Positions 35,954 through 45,837 of a stretch of DNA of 64,000 nucleotides are shown here, one piece after another. Both the position numbers and the translations under genes were made by a program. Below the pieces are notes generated by a model. The model was not told the DNA's origin. It did no database searches and worked only from the letters and a program-made list of their open reading frames with translations. The stretch spans positions 231 through 64,230 of the forward strand of contig DASXAW010000122.1 in assembly GCA_036406535.1 (NCBI GenBank), read 5' to 3'. Source of the stretch: Gaiella sp. Its GTDB lineage: Bacteria > Actinomycetota > Thermoleophilia > Gaiellales > Gaiellaceae. Numbering within the stretch: position 1 is the first letter of the stretch; the number at the start of each line of letters is the position of its first letter.

Positions 35954-38239
35954 TCAGCGGAGCGCACGGAGCGCCGCGCCGAGCGACTGGCCGCCCTCGA
36001 GCACGCGGGCGAACAGGTCGCCCTCGCGACCGACACGCTCGAGCACGACGTCCATCGTGAACGCCGCGGTGTCGAGACCCTCCTTCACCTCGTCCCAGCG
36101 GAGCGGGGCCGAGACCGGCGCGCCCGCTCGCGGCCGCACCGAGTAGACGGACGCGGTCGTCTTCCCCGGGCCGTTCTGGTTCGCGTCGACGAGGACGCCC
36201 TTCCGCTTCGACTTCGTCCACTCGGTCGTGACGAGGCCGGGGTGCGCGCGGGCGAGCGCGCCGGCGACGATGCCCGCGAACTCGCGGACCTCCGCGAAGT
36301 CATGGCGCCGCGAGATCGGCACGAGGACGTGGATGCCGCGCGAGCCGCTCGTCTTCGGCACCGACTCGAGCTCGAGCACCTCGAGCGCCTGTCGGACGAG
36401 GCGAGCGACCTCGATCACCTCCTCGAAGCCCGATCCCTCCGACGGGTCGAGGTCGAACATGACCCAGTCGGGCTTGTCGGGCCGGTCCGCGCGCGAGGCC
36501 CATGCGTGCATGTCGATGCACCCCATGTTCACGGCCCACAGCAGCGCGAGCGCGTCGTCGATCAATGCGTAGTCGATCACCTTCTTCTCGCCCTCCCGCG
36601 TCGAGGCGGGGAACGGCGCGCGGTCGATCCAGTCCGGCATGTGCGTCGGGGCCTGCTTCTGGAAGAAGCTCTTGCCCTGCCAGCCGTCGGGATAGCGCTT
36701 CATCGTGAAGGGGCGCTTCCGGAGATGCGGGACGAGGACCTCCGCGACGTCGCGGTAGTACGCGAGCAGGTCGCCTTTCGTGATCCCCTCGTCGGGCCAG
36801 AACGGCTTCTCGAGGTTCGACAGCTTCAGCACGCGCCGGCCACGGCGCATCTCCGGCTCGATCGGCGGCCGCTCCACGGGCACATCGTCGCGGACGCCGA
36901 GGTAGACCGGCGCGCGGAGACGGCCCTCGCGTGTCTTCTCCGCGTAGGTCACCTCCGCTGCGAGGGCTGGCTCGACCCACGTCACGTCCCTCGCCTTCAC
37001 GCGCGGCATCTTGGGCACGTGCGCGAGCGGCGACGCCGCCCGCTCGAGCGGGGCGAGGAGCGCGCGGAGGCGCTCCACCTCGCCGTCGCCGATCCCCGAG
37101 CCGACGTTGCCCGCCCAGTACAGGCCGTCGGGCTCGCGTCGGGCGAGGACGAGTGCCCCGAGCTTCGCGCGGCGACCCTCGCCCCGCGTGTAGCCGACGA
37201 TGGGAAAGTCCTCCTGCGAGCGGAGCTTGAGCTTGCGCCATTCCGGCGTCCGACGGCCCGGCCGGTACGGCATGTCGGCGCGCTTCGCGAGCACCCCTTC
37301 GAGCCCCTGCGCACGGGCGGCCTCGAGCAACGCATCACCGTCGTCGAACGCGGGCGAGAGTCGGACGCCTCGCACCGCCGGGTCGAGCACCCCTTCCAGG
37401 AGCTCGCGCCGCTCGCGCAGCGGACGCTCGTAGACCGGCTCGCCGTCGAGCTCGAGCAGGTCGAACGCCATGAGCACGAGCGGCCCCGAGCCGCTCTGGA
37501 GGGCCTCGAACCGCGCCGTCCCGTCCTCGTCGAGCGCGCAGACCTCCCCGTCGAGCACCGCCGAGGGCGTCCGCACCGCCTTCGCCACGTTCCGCGCGAC
37601 TTCACGGAATCGCTCGGTCAGGTCCTTCCCGTTCCGGCTCGTGAGCTTCGCCTCGCCGCCGTCGAGCGCGACGATCGTGCGGTAACCGTCCCACTTCGGC
37701 TCGAACAGCCACTCCGGCCCCGTGGGCAGCCGCTCGGTGAGCGACGCCAGCTGCGGCCTGAGCGCCTCGCCGTCGCCCGACTCCGCGTCCTTGCGCAGCA
37801 GGAGCCAGTTCTGCTCCTTCCCGTCGAGGTGCGCCGGCACGAGCGTCCAGACGCCATGCGCCCGCTCACCGGCCAGCCTGAACGTCAGCCCGCCGTTCCG
37901 CTTCTCCTCGAGCAGCTCGTACGTCCCCCTGTCCCAGATCTCGACCGTGCCGGCGCCGTACTGGCCCTTCGGGATCTCGCCCTCGAACGCCGCGTAGTCG
38001 AGCGGATGGTCCTCGACGTGGACGGCGAGGTGCCGCTCGCCCGACCGCATGGGCAGGCCCTTCGGCACGGCCCAGCTCGCGAGCGCGCCGTTGCGTTCGA
38101 GCCGCAGGTCGTAGTGCAGCCGCCGCGCGTCGTGGCGCTGGATGACGAAGAGCGGGTCCGCGCCCCGCTTCCGGCCGCCGAACGGCTCCGGCGTTCGTGA
38201 CGGGTGTCGCTTGCGGCGGTAGTCGTCGAGCGCCGACAC
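35954..38239 (-). CDS. ligD: DNA ligase D (phosphoesterase-ligase-polymerase)
   Basis: FVIQRHDARRLHYDLRLE (PE), EPKWDGYR and GLEGVLAK (LIG), FDLDP and SGSRGIH (POL). Confidence 0.96.
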   Translation of the reverse strand: MSALDDYRRKRHPSRTPEPFGGRKRGADPLFVIQRHDARRLHYDLRLERNGALASWAVPKGLPMRSGERHLAVHVEDHPLDYAAFEGEIPKGQYGAGTVEIWDRGTYELLEEKRNGGLTFRLAGERAHGVWTLVPAHLDGKEQNWLLLRKDAESGDGEALRPQLASLTERLPTGPEWLFEPKWDGYRTIVALDGGEAKLTSRNGKDLTERFREVARNVAKAVRTPSAVLDGEVCALDEDGTARFEALQSGSGPLVLMAFDLLELDGEPVYERPLRERRELLEGVLDPAVRGVRLSPAFDDGDALLEAARAQGLEGVLAKRADMPYRPGRRTPEWRKLKLRSQEDFPIVGYTRGEGRRAKLGALVLARREPDGLYWAGNVGSGIGDGEVERLRALLAPLERAASPLAHVPKMPRVKARDVTWVEPALAAEVTYAEKTREGRLRAPVYLGVRDDVPVERPPIEPEMRRGRRVLKLSNLEKPFWPDEGITKGDLLAYYRDVAEVLVPHLRKRPFTMKRYPDGWQGKSFFQKQAPTHMPDWIDRAPFPASTREGEKKVIDYALIDDALALLWAVNMGCIDMHAWASRADRPDKPDWVMFDLDPSEGSGFEEVIEVARLVRQALEVLELESVPKTSGSRGIHVLVPISRRHDFAEVREFAGIVAGALARAHPGLVTTEWTKSKRKGVLVDANQNGPGKTTASVYSVRPRAGAPVSAPLRWDEVKEGLDTAAFTMDVVLERVGREGDLFARVLEGGQSLGAALRALR

Positions 38240-38349
38240 GTGGCCATGATCGCCGTTCCGGGCCACCCGCGAACCGCTCTGTCCTCACCGCCCCTTAACA
38301 CGATCTGCGCCAATCAGGCGAAATCCCTGCAAACTGCGCTCGACCGGGC

Positions 38350-38379
38350 CGGGGATAAGCCTGTGGAAAGTGTGGAGAG
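38350..38379. promoter_or_regulatory. Cluster of three DnaA-box-like 9-mers
   Basis: CGGGGATAA, TGTGGAAAG, TGTGGAGAG versus consensus TGTGGATAA, in the accA-ligD intergenic region. Confidence 0.5.
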
Positions 38380-38390
38380 CCGCGTTCCGG

Positions 38391-39329
38391 CTAGACCTGG
38401 GCCAGCACGCCCATGGAGCGGAACTTCGCGCGTCGGCTCCGTCGCAGCTCGTCCGGCGACACCTCGGCGAGCTCGTCGAGATGGGCGACGAGCGCCTCGC
38501 GGAGAAGCGCGGCAGCCTCGTCATGGTCGAGCTGCGCGCCGCCCTCGGGCTCGGGAACGATCCCGTCGATCACGCGGAGCTCGAGGCAGTGGGCGGCGTC
38601 GGGCTTGAACGCCGAGGCCGCCTTCGGGGCCTGCGACGCGTCGCGCCACAGGATCGAGGCGCAGCCCTCGGGGGAGATCACGGAGTAGATCGCGTTCTCC
38701 TGCATGAGAACCCGGTCGGCAACCGCGATCGCGATCGCGCCGCCCGACCCGCCCTCGCCGATCACGACCGACACGGTGGGGATCCCGAGCCGCAGCATGA
38801 GCGACTGCGACCGCGCAATCGCGCCGCCCTGGCCGTGCTGCTCGGCGAGGATCCCCGGGTACGCGCCGGGAGTGTCGACGAGCGTGATCAGGGGGAAGCC
38901 GTGGCGCTCGGCCAGCTGCATCGTGCGCATCGCCTTGCGGTAGCCCTCGGGGTATGCCATCCCGAAGTTGCGTGCGGCTCGTTCCTTGATGTCGCGTCCC
39001 TTCTGGTGGCCGACGAGCGCCACCGTGCGGCCCTCGAGCGAGCCGAGCCCGGCGACGATCGCGCCGTCGTCCATACGGCCGCGGTCGCCGTGGAGCTCGA
39101 ACCAGTCGTCGAGCATCCGCTCGACGTAGTCGAGGGTGTAGGGACGCTTGTCGTGCCGCGCCAGCTCGACCGAGCGCCAGATCTCCTCGTCGGTCGTGTC
39201 CTCGCGCAGGCGCTCCAGCTGCCGTTGGAGGCGCTCGAGCTCCGCCGACAGCTTCGTCCCGCGCAGGAGCTTGACCCCCGAGAGCTGGGCGAGCCGGTCG
39301 CGCAGCCCGAGCTCGGCTTCCTGCGTCAC
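38391..39329 (-). CDS. accA: Acetyl-CoA carboxylase carboxyltransferase alpha
   Basis: ARHDKRP, ELHGDR, NFGMAYPEGYRK, DTPGAYPG, GEGGSGGA, SVISPEGC. Confidence 0.95.
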   Translation of the reverse strand: MTQEAELGLRDRLAQLSGVKLLRGTKLSAELERLQRQLERLREDTTDEEIWRSVELARHDKRPYTLDYVERMLDDWFELHGDRGRMDDGAIVAGLGSLEGRTVALVGHQKGRDIKERAARNFGMAYPEGYRKAMRTMQLAERHGFPLITLVDTPGAYPGILAEQHGQGGAIARSQSLMLRLGIPTVSVVIGEGGSGGAIAIAVADRVLMQENAIYSVISPEGCASILWRDASQAPKAASAFKPDAAHCLELRVIDGIVPEPEGGAQLDHDEAAALLREALVAHLDELAEVSPDELRRSRRAKFRSMGVLAQV

Positions 39330-40177
39330 GCGCGCGCCCCGAAGAGCCGGAAGAGCCGTGCCAGCGTCGGCCGGAGCTCGGCGCGCTCGACGACGGCGTC
39401 GACGTGGCCGAAGCGGAGGTTCGACTCGGCGAGCCCGAAATCGTCCGGGAGCTTCTCGCGTGTCGTCTGCGCGACGACACGCGGGCCGGCGAACGACGTC
39501 AGGGCGCCCGGCTCCGCGACGATCACGTCGCCGAGGCTCGCGAAGCTCGCGGTCACGCCGCCCGTCGTGGGGTGGGCGAGCACGGAGAAGAGCGCGCCGC
39601 CTGCTTCGTGGAGCTCCTCCACTGCCGCGACCGTCTTCGGCAGCTGCATCAGCGCGAGGATCCCCTCCTGCATGCGGGCGCCGCCGGAAGCAGAGACCGA
39701 GACCACGATGCCGTGATCCTCGGCGGCACGCTCGCACGCACGCGCGAAGCGCTCGCCGACGACGCTCCCCATCGAGCCGCCCATGAACGAGAAGTCCATC
39801 GCCGCCAGCCGGCACGGGTGACCGTCGATCGCGGCCCGGCCCGTGAGGATCGCGTCGCCGAGCCCCGTGCCGAGCTCCGCCTCCGCGAGGCGCTCGGTGT
39901 AGGGCTTCAGGTCGAAGAAGTCGAGCGGGTCCGCGGAGCGGAGATCGCCGTCCTCCTCCTCGAACGTGCCGGGATCGGCCAGCTGGCCGACGCGGTCGCG
40001 GGCGCGCACCGGGAAGTGGTGGCCGCACTGCGGGCAGACACGCAGGTGCTCGGCGAGCTCGTCGTCGCGATAGTGCGAGCCGCACGACGGGCACGTGTTC
40101 GGGTGCCCGGCGCCGTCTCGGCGCTCCGGGTCCGCATGCTTGTGCTCGATCGAGACGTCGATCTGGCCGGACGACAT
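39326..40177 (-). CDS. accD: Acetyl-CoA carboxylase carboxyltransferase beta
   Basis: C4 Zn finger, FMGGSMG, SGGARMQEG, PTTGGVTAS, FAGPRV. Confidence 0.95.
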   Translation of the reverse strand: MSSGQIDVSIEHKHADPERRDGAGHPNTCPSCGSHYRDDELAEHLRVCPQCGHHFPVRARDRVGQLADPGTFEEEDGDLRSADPLDFFDLKPYTERLAEAELGTGLGDAILTGRAAIDGHPCRLAAMDFSFMGGSMGSVVGERFARACERAAEDHGIVVSVSASGGARMQEGILALMQLPKTVAAVEELHEAGGALFSVLAHPTTGGVTASFASLGDVIVAEPGALTSFAGPRVVAQTTREKLPDDFGLAESNLRFGHVDAVVERAELRPTLARLFRLFGARA

Positions 40178-40202
40178 CCACGGCATCTTAGAACCTGTCT
40201 GC

Positions 40203-40967
40203 TCAAAGACCGGCAGCCGCGACGAATCGCATCACGTGGCCGGGCTCCGCGCCCCCTCCCAGCCCGGTGATTCCCAGGCCTGCGACGCGGCCGCGGGAGG
40301 CCACGTCGAGGATGACGGCCTCGACCTCGTCCGGGGACGGCCCGCCCTGGACGGGCATGAAACAGGGCACGGAGCCGGGCTCGAGCACGTCGACGTCGAG
40401 CGCGACGTACGCGGCGTCGGCGCCGTCCAGCGCCCGGGCGAGGTCGTGGTCGATCCCCTGCTCGGTGACGTAGTCCGCCTCGGGCGGATCGAGATCGCGT
40501 GCGCCGACGAGGGCGACGTCGGCAGCGCGGACGCTCCCCTCGTCGATCGCCATCCGCAGCGGCATGCCCCAGAGATTGCCGCTGGGCGATGTCTCGGGGG
40601 TGTTGAGGTCGCCGTGTGCGTCGAGCCAGACGACCGCGAGCCGTTCGTGACGCCCCGCGAGGCCGCGGATCGCTCCGACGTGCGCGCAGCAGCATCCGCC
40701 GACGACGAGCGGGCGCACGGGAAGGCCCGTCGCGAGAGCGGCCGATTGCCCGTCGAGCGTCGGCGCGTCGACGACGAGCGCCTCCGGATACGGGAGGCCG
40801 AGCGAAGCCGCACCGGCCATCGCCTCGCCCCCGTCGCCCCACGCGCGCGGCACCCGCACGAGTCCGGCAGCGTAGGTCGCGCCGCAGGCATGGCACTCGT
40901 AGCCGTCGTCGAGCGCGACGGCCGTCAGCGTGCGACAGCTCGGGCAGCGGGCTCGGAGGGCGCTCAC
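40203..40967 (-). CDS. Arginase-fold protein with N-terminal Zn ribbon
   Basis: CPSC...CHAC N-terminus; GGCCC, DAHGDLNTP, GMP, DVD motifs. Confidence 0.8.
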   Translation of the reverse strand: MSALRARCPSCRTLTAVALDDGYECHACGATYAAGLVRVPRAWGDGGEAMAGAASLGLPYPEALVVDAPTLDGQSAALATGLPVRPLVVGGCCCAHVGAIRGLAGRHERLAVVWLDAHGDLNTPETSPSGNLWGMPLRMAIDEGSVRAADVALVGARDLDPPEADYVTEQGIDHDLARALDGADAAYVALDVDVLEPGSVPCFMPVQGGPSPDEVEAVILDVASRGRVAGLGITGLGGGAEPGHVMRFVAAAGL

Positions 40968-41929
40968 CCCGCGATTGTCGCGGACCGCGTGGTGCGCTCC
41001 GGCGCGGCGGCGCGCAGCTCCTTCTCCCACACGTCCGCCTGCCAGAGGACGCGCATCCCCGCCCGCTCGTAGAGGCGGGTCGCGCCCGTCGGGTTCTCCA
41101 CGTCGACGCCGAGCGCGACGGTCGTCTCGCCGGTCGAGCGGAAGCGTCGGAACGACTCGCGCAGCAGCGCGAGGCCCAGTCCGCGACGCCGCCAGCCTTC
41201 CCGGACGCCGAGCATCCCGATCCAGCCCCAGTCGCCGTTTCGCTTCGCGTAGTTGAGCGAGAACGCGGCGATCTCGTCCCCATGCCAGACGACGGGCACG
41301 AGGGACGGCTCGATCCGCGGCACGCCGAATGCGCGCTCGCGCCAGGCCTCGTAGGTCTGCGCCACGTGTCCCCACTCGTGCGCGAACGCCTCCTCTTGCG
41401 CGGCATGGAGCGCCGGCCCATGGCGGTCGAGGTCGAGCGGGCGCAGCTCGACGTCGTCCGGCCATTCGGGCGCCGGAGGCTCGGGCTCGACCTCGATGAC
41501 CATCCGGAGGAAGCTCCGAGCGTGCGAGAAGCCACGGCCCCGGAACAGGCCGGGCGCACGCTCGTCGCCGACGAGATGCGCCGCCTGCAGCACGACGCGC
41601 CCGTCGTCGGGCCACTCGTCCTCGAGCTCGCACGAGCGCGACTCGAGCAGACCGAGCAACCGAGCGCCGACCCCGCGGCCGGTCAGCTCGGGGTGGACGT
41701 ACGCGTCGCCGATGATCCGTCCGCCCCTGCGGTCGAGCAGCTGCGCCACGCCCGCCAGCCGGTCGTCGAGCTCGACGAGCCAGGCGTCCCGCTCGAGATC
41801 GATGCGGCCCCAGTCCTCGCGGAGGTCGCTCTCCGTCCAGTCGGACGCGCCCCAGACGGCGGCGTCGGAGGCCTGGAGCAGCGCAAGCGCCTCGGAAAGG
41901 CGTTCGAATGTCGGCCGCGTCACGATCAC
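40964..41929 (-). CDS. Tandem GNAT acetyltransferase
   Basis: Two GNAT domains (VHPELTGRGVG; VREGWRRRGLG...NPTGATRLYERAG). Confidence 0.88.
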   Translation of the reverse strand: MIVTRPTFERLSEALALLQASDAAVWGASDWTESDLREDWGRIDLERDAWLVELDDRLAGVAQLLDRRGGRIIGDAYVHPELTGRGVGARLLGLLESRSCELEDEWPDDGRVVLQAAHLVGDERAPGLFRGRGFSHARSFLRMVIEVEPEPPAPEWPDDVELRPLDLDRHGPALHAAQEEAFAHEWGHVAQTYEAWRERAFGVPRIEPSLVPVVWHGDEIAAFSLNYAKRNGDWGWIGMLGVREGWRRRGLGLALLRESFRRFRSTGETTVALGVDVENPTGATRLYERAGMRVLWQADVWEKELRAAAPERTTRSATIAG

Positions 41930-41989
41930 GCGGCGCACGGTAGGACGCAGGGGCGGGCGGCGTGGTGCGGCCGCCCGTACTCTGGCCGG

Positions 41990-42466
41990 ATGGTCGTCCG
42001 CCCGCTCGAGCCGTCCGACTGGCCCGACGTCGCGCGGATCTACACCGAGGGCCTCACGAGCGGGCTCGCGACGTTCGAGACCCGGGTCCCGTCGTGGGAG
42101 GCATGGGACTCGGCTCATCTGCCGTCGCCGCGTCTCGTGGCGGAGCGGGACGGCGTCGTCGTCGGCTGGGTCGCCGTGTCGCCCGTCTCACGCCGGCCGG
42201 CGTACAGCGGTGTCGTGGAGCACTCTGTCTACGTCGACGGAAGCGCGCGGCGGAGCGGCATCGGCAGGGCGCTGCTCGACGCACTCGCCGCAGAGGCGCC
42301 GCAGCACGGCATCTGGACGATCCAGACGTCGATCATCGACGCGAACGAGGCGAGCCTGCGACTGCACGAGGCGGCGGGGTACCGCGTCGTCGGGCGTCGG
42401 GAGCGCATCGGGCGACTCGACGGCGTGTGGCGCGACACGCTCCTCCTGGAGCTGCGGCTCCCCTGA
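41990..42466 (+). CDS. GNAT N-acetyltransferase (Pat/MnaT-like)
   Basis: ATFE, EHSVYV, RRSGIG, NEASLRLHEAAG, WRD. Confidence 0.9.
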   Translation: MVVRPLEPSDWPDVARIYTEGLTSGLATFETRVPSWEAWDSAHLPSPRLVAERDGVVVGWVAVSPVSRRPAYSGVVEHSVYVDGSARRSGIGRALLDALAAEAPQHGIWTIQTSIIDANEASLRLHEAAGYRVVGRRERIGRLDGVWRDTLLLELRLP

Positions 42467-42481
42467 AAGCAGCAGCACGGG

Positions 42482-45010
42482 CTACGAGTCGCGGAGACCC
42501 GCGTGCGCGGTGATGGGCGCGCGACCGACGAGTGCCGCCGGGACGAGCATCCCGACGAGGCCGAGGGCGAGCGCGCCGGCGAGCACGAGCCCGAACGAGG
42601 GCCATGCGACGGCGAGCGGTCCGCCTTCGGGATCGTCGGGCGCGTGCAGCAGAGACCCGAGGGCGACGGCAACCCCGACCGCGATGCCCACGAGGGCCGT
42701 GACCAGCGCCTCCAGGGTCAGCGCGCCCGCCACCTGGATCCGACTTGCCCCCGTGAGGCGCGCGAGCACGAGCTCACCGCGCCTCTCGGCTGCGGCCATG
42801 GCGCCGGTGTTGAGAGCGGCCATGATCGCCACGCCGATCATCAGAGCGACGATCACCCACTGCGCACGCGCGTTGTCCCGCTCCTCCGCCTTCACCTCGC
42901 GGAGATAGCCGGAGCGCGAGAGGACACCGACGGTCGGCGTTGCCCGAGCAACCCCGGCAAGCTCGCGGTCGAGCCTCGCGCCGCCGCCGGCGACGAAGAC
43001 GGCGCTGTCGAGCGGCTCTGCCGCGTGTGCGAGCGCGAGTGCGTGCGGGAGGACGACGTCGCCGAGCCCGTTCGCACGGGTGTAGACGGCGACGACCCGC
43101 AGTCGCGCCGGGGTCGCGTCGGCCAGTCGCGCGTCCAAGGTACTGCCCACGGCGAGATCTCCCGCACGGGCGACGGTGTCGCTCACGGCGACGCCGTCAC
43201 CGGTCACGGCCGCCAGCGAGCCGGCCCGGACGTCGAGGTCGAGCGTCCCGGGCGTCGCGTCGACCCCGGCGGCATCCCAGCTCGAGCCGTGCCGCGTGAG
43301 GCCGTGATCGAGCAGGAAGACGTCCGTCGACACGACGCCTGCAGCCGCCGCATCCGGCAGGTTTGCCACCGTTTCTGCCACCGAGGAGGGCAACCCGCCG
43401 CCGGTGCGCGCGACCAGGACGCGGTCGGCCAGTACCCGGTCTGCGGCCGCGCGCTCCACCGCCCGCTGCGCAGTGGCCAGCTCGAGCACCTGCGTTCCGG
43501 CGAGAGCCACGACGAGCGCGATCGCCGCACCGACGGCGCCGGTTCGAAATCGTCCCGTGACGAGCGCCGACCCTGCGAGGAACCCCGTGCCGCCGCCGCG
43601 AAGCAGCAGCCGCCCCGCGAGGGCGGAGGGCCAGCCGAGCACGAGCGGCCCCAGGAGAGCAACCCCCGTCATGAACAGGAAGGCCGACAGCGTCGCGTAC
43701 GAGAGCGCGGAGGAGGAGAGCACGACGACGAGCGTCGTTCCTCCGCCCAGCGCGACCAGGCCCGCCAGGACGCGCACGGCCGACAGGCGCCGTGGCGGCT
43801 GATCCGACTCGACCATTGCCTCGCCCGGCCTCACCGCGAGCGCCCGACGCGCCGCGATCACCGTCGCCAGGAGCGACACGACGACGCCCGCCGCGACCGC
43901 GACGGCGTAGGGGATCCAGTTCGGCGCGAGCGTGAAGCCGTCCGGCGCCAGCCCGACCGACGCGAGCGCGTTCGCCGCCGGCACGAACAGCAGGCGCGCC
44001 ACCGCGCAGCCGACCGCACCGGCGAGCAGTCCGATCAGCCCGATCTGTCGCAGGAGCAGCCGGCGCGCCTGCCCGGGCGTCGCGCCGACCGCACGAAGCA
44101 GCGCGAGCTCGCGGCGACGGCGGGCGACCGCGAACGCGATCGTTCCGGCCACGACGAAGACCGTGATCAGGACCGTCAGTCCTCCGCCCGAGGCGACGAC
44201 GGCGACGAGTTGCACGCGGTCGAACGCACGGGGATCGCCGGCGTCGGCGGCCGACGCGTGCCGGTGCTCGAGCACCTGAACGCTGTTCCCGACGACCGAG
44301 TGGATGCGGTCGCGGAGCCGTCCCTGGTCGACCCCCGGACCGGAACGGACGGCGATCGCGTCGAAGCCGGCGCCGAGGCCGGAGAGCTGCTGCGCCCGCG
44401 CCTGCGTGAAGAAGACGGACGACTGCCGCTCCTGCTGCGAGCGCGCTGCCGACACCACACCCGAGAGCCGGAACGCCTCGGGCCCGACCGGCGTGACGAC
44501 GCGCACGAGACCGCCGAGCGGAAACCCACCCGACCGCGCGAGCCCCGCGTCGAGCACGACCTCCCCCGGGAGAGCCGGTGCCCGGCCGCGCAGCAGACGG
44601 TACGGCGTCAGATCCGCGCTCGGCCAGCCGTGGCCGTGCGCCGGCGTGCCGCCCTCCGTCGGCAGGGGCGCCTCGTCACGGCCGACGACCGTCAGCGGAA
44701 AGGCGACATCGCCGACGGCGGACCGGACGCCGGGCAACGCGGCGACGCGTCCTCGCGCCGCCGTCGGAAGCAGCGCCGGGCGGCGCACCTCGAGGGTGTC
44801 GGGGTCGTCGCCGTGCCCGAAACGCACCGTCGGGTTCGCGCGCACGACAACATCTGCTGCCGCGAAGCGGCCGGCACCGGGCGCGCCGAGCGCCGTGGCC
44901 ATGATCTGCCCCGCAACGGCGACGATCGTCGCGGCCGTGGCGACCATCACGAACACGCCCAGCGCCGAGCCGAACCGCATCCGGGAAGGAGACGAGCGGA
45001 GTCCGCGCAT
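42482..45010 (-). CDS. ABC exporter permease (double FtsX/MacB-like)
   Basis: Two FtsX-like halves (RRRELALLRAVGATPGQ; ERRGELVLARLTGAS). Confidence 0.88.
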   Translation of the reverse strand: MRGLRSSPSRMRFGSALGVFVMVATAATIVAVAGQIMATALGAPGAGRFAAADVVVRANPTVRFGHGDDPDTLEVRRPALLPTAARGRVAALPGVRSAVGDVAFPLTVVGRDEAPLPTEGGTPAHGHGWPSADLTPYRLLRGRAPALPGEVVLDAGLARSGGFPLGGLVRVVTPVGPEAFRLSGVVSAARSQQERQSSVFFTQARAQQLSGLGAGFDAIAVRSGPGVDQGRLRDRIHSVVGNSVQVLEHRHASAADAGDPRAFDRVQLVAVVASGGGLTVLITVFVVAGTIAFAVARRRRELALLRAVGATPGQARRLLLRQIGLIGLLAGAVGCAVARLLFVPAANALASVGLAPDGFTLAPNWIPYAVAVAAGVVVSLLATVIAARRALAVRPGEAMVESDQPPRRLSAVRVLAGLVALGGGTTLVVVLSSSALSYATLSAFLFMTGVALLGPLVLGWPSALAGRLLLRGGGTGFLAGSALVTGRFRTGAVGAAIALVVALAGTQVLELATAQRAVERAAADRVLADRVLVARTGGGLPSSVAETVANLPDAAAAGVVSTDVFLLDHGLTRHGSSWDAAGVDATPGTLDLDVRAGSLAAVTGDGVAVSDTVARAGDLAVGSTLDARLADATPARLRVVAVYTRANGLGDVVLPHALALAHAAEPLDSAVFVAGGGARLDRELAGVARATPTVGVLSRSGYLREVKAEERDNARAQWVIVALMIGVAIMAALNTGAMAAAERRGELVLARLTGASRIQVAGALTLEALVTALVGIAVGVAVALGSLLHAPDDPEGGPLAVAWPSFGLVLAGALALGLVGMLVPAALVGRAPITAHAGLRDS

Positions 45011-45012
45011 CG

Positions 45013-45759
45013 CTACTCCAGCTCGGCCATGCGCGCCGCGACGATCTCCGGACGCGCCCCCGTGACCTCGTCCACGACGTGTCCGTCGGCGAGGAACACG
45101 ACTCGGTCGGCCACCGAGGCCGCGACGGGGTCATGGGTGACCATCACCACTGTCCGGCCGTCGTGGTCGGTCGCTTCGCGGAGCAAGGCGAGCACCTCCC
45201 GCGTGCTGCGCCTGTCGAGCGCACCGGTCGGCTCGTCGGCGAAGATCACCGTCGGCTCGGTCACGAGCGCTCGGGCGATCGCCACCCGTTGCTGCTGCCC
45301 GCCCGAGAGCTCCGCCGGGCGGTGACCCGCACGCTCCCGCAGGCCCACCCGCTCGAGCGCGTCGCCCGCCACGCGCCGGCGCGGGCGCCGGCCCGCGAGG
45401 CGAAGCGGGAGCACGACGTTCTGCGCCGCAGTGAGCGACGGCAGCAGGTTGAACGCCTGGAACACGAACCCGATCTCACGGCGCCGCACGCGGGCGAGCC
45501 GGCGCTCGCCCAGCCTGCCGAGCTCGGTCTGCTCGAGCAGCACGGATCCGCGGTCCGGCCGATCGAGGCCTGCGGCGATCTGCAGCAGCGTCGTCTTTCC
45601 GGATCCGGACGGGCCCATGATCGCGGTGAACGAGCCCTGCTCGAAGACGAGCGACACGTCGTCCAACGCGCGGACGGCGCGCTCACCCTTCCCGAAGGTC
45701 CTCGACACGCCGTCCAGCGTCACCGCCGCATGGTTCGTGGGCGATGCGCCGTTCCTCAT
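45013..45759 (-). CDS. ABC transporter ATP-binding protein (LolD/MacB-like)
   Basis: GPSGSGKT, LSGGQQQRV, DEPTGALD, VTHD. Confidence 0.93.
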   Translation of the reverse strand: MRNGASPTNHAAVTLDGVSRTFGKGERAVRALDDVSLVFEQGSFTAIMGPSGSGKTTLLQIAAGLDRPDRGSVLLEQTELGRLGERRLARVRRREIGFVFQAFNLLPSLTAAQNVVLPLRLAGRRPRRRVAGDALERVGLRERAGHRPAELSGGQQQRVAIARALVTEPTVIFADEPTGALDRRSTREVLALLREATDHDGRTVVMVTHDPVAASVADRVVFLADGHVVDEVTGARPEIVAARMAELE

Positions 45760-45814
45760 GTGGTCAATGTGCCCGCGAGGAAGCGACGCCCGCATACGGC
45801 CCACCCTCGGCCCC

Positions 45815-45832
45815 GGTGGGGAGAGCCGCACC
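45815..45832. promoter_or_regulatory. Imperfect inverted repeat GGTG-N10-CACC, possible response-regulator site
   Basis: GGTGGGGAGAGCCGCACC about 55 nt upstream of the ABC ATPase start. Confidence 0.35.
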
Positions 45833-45837
45833 GTGCC

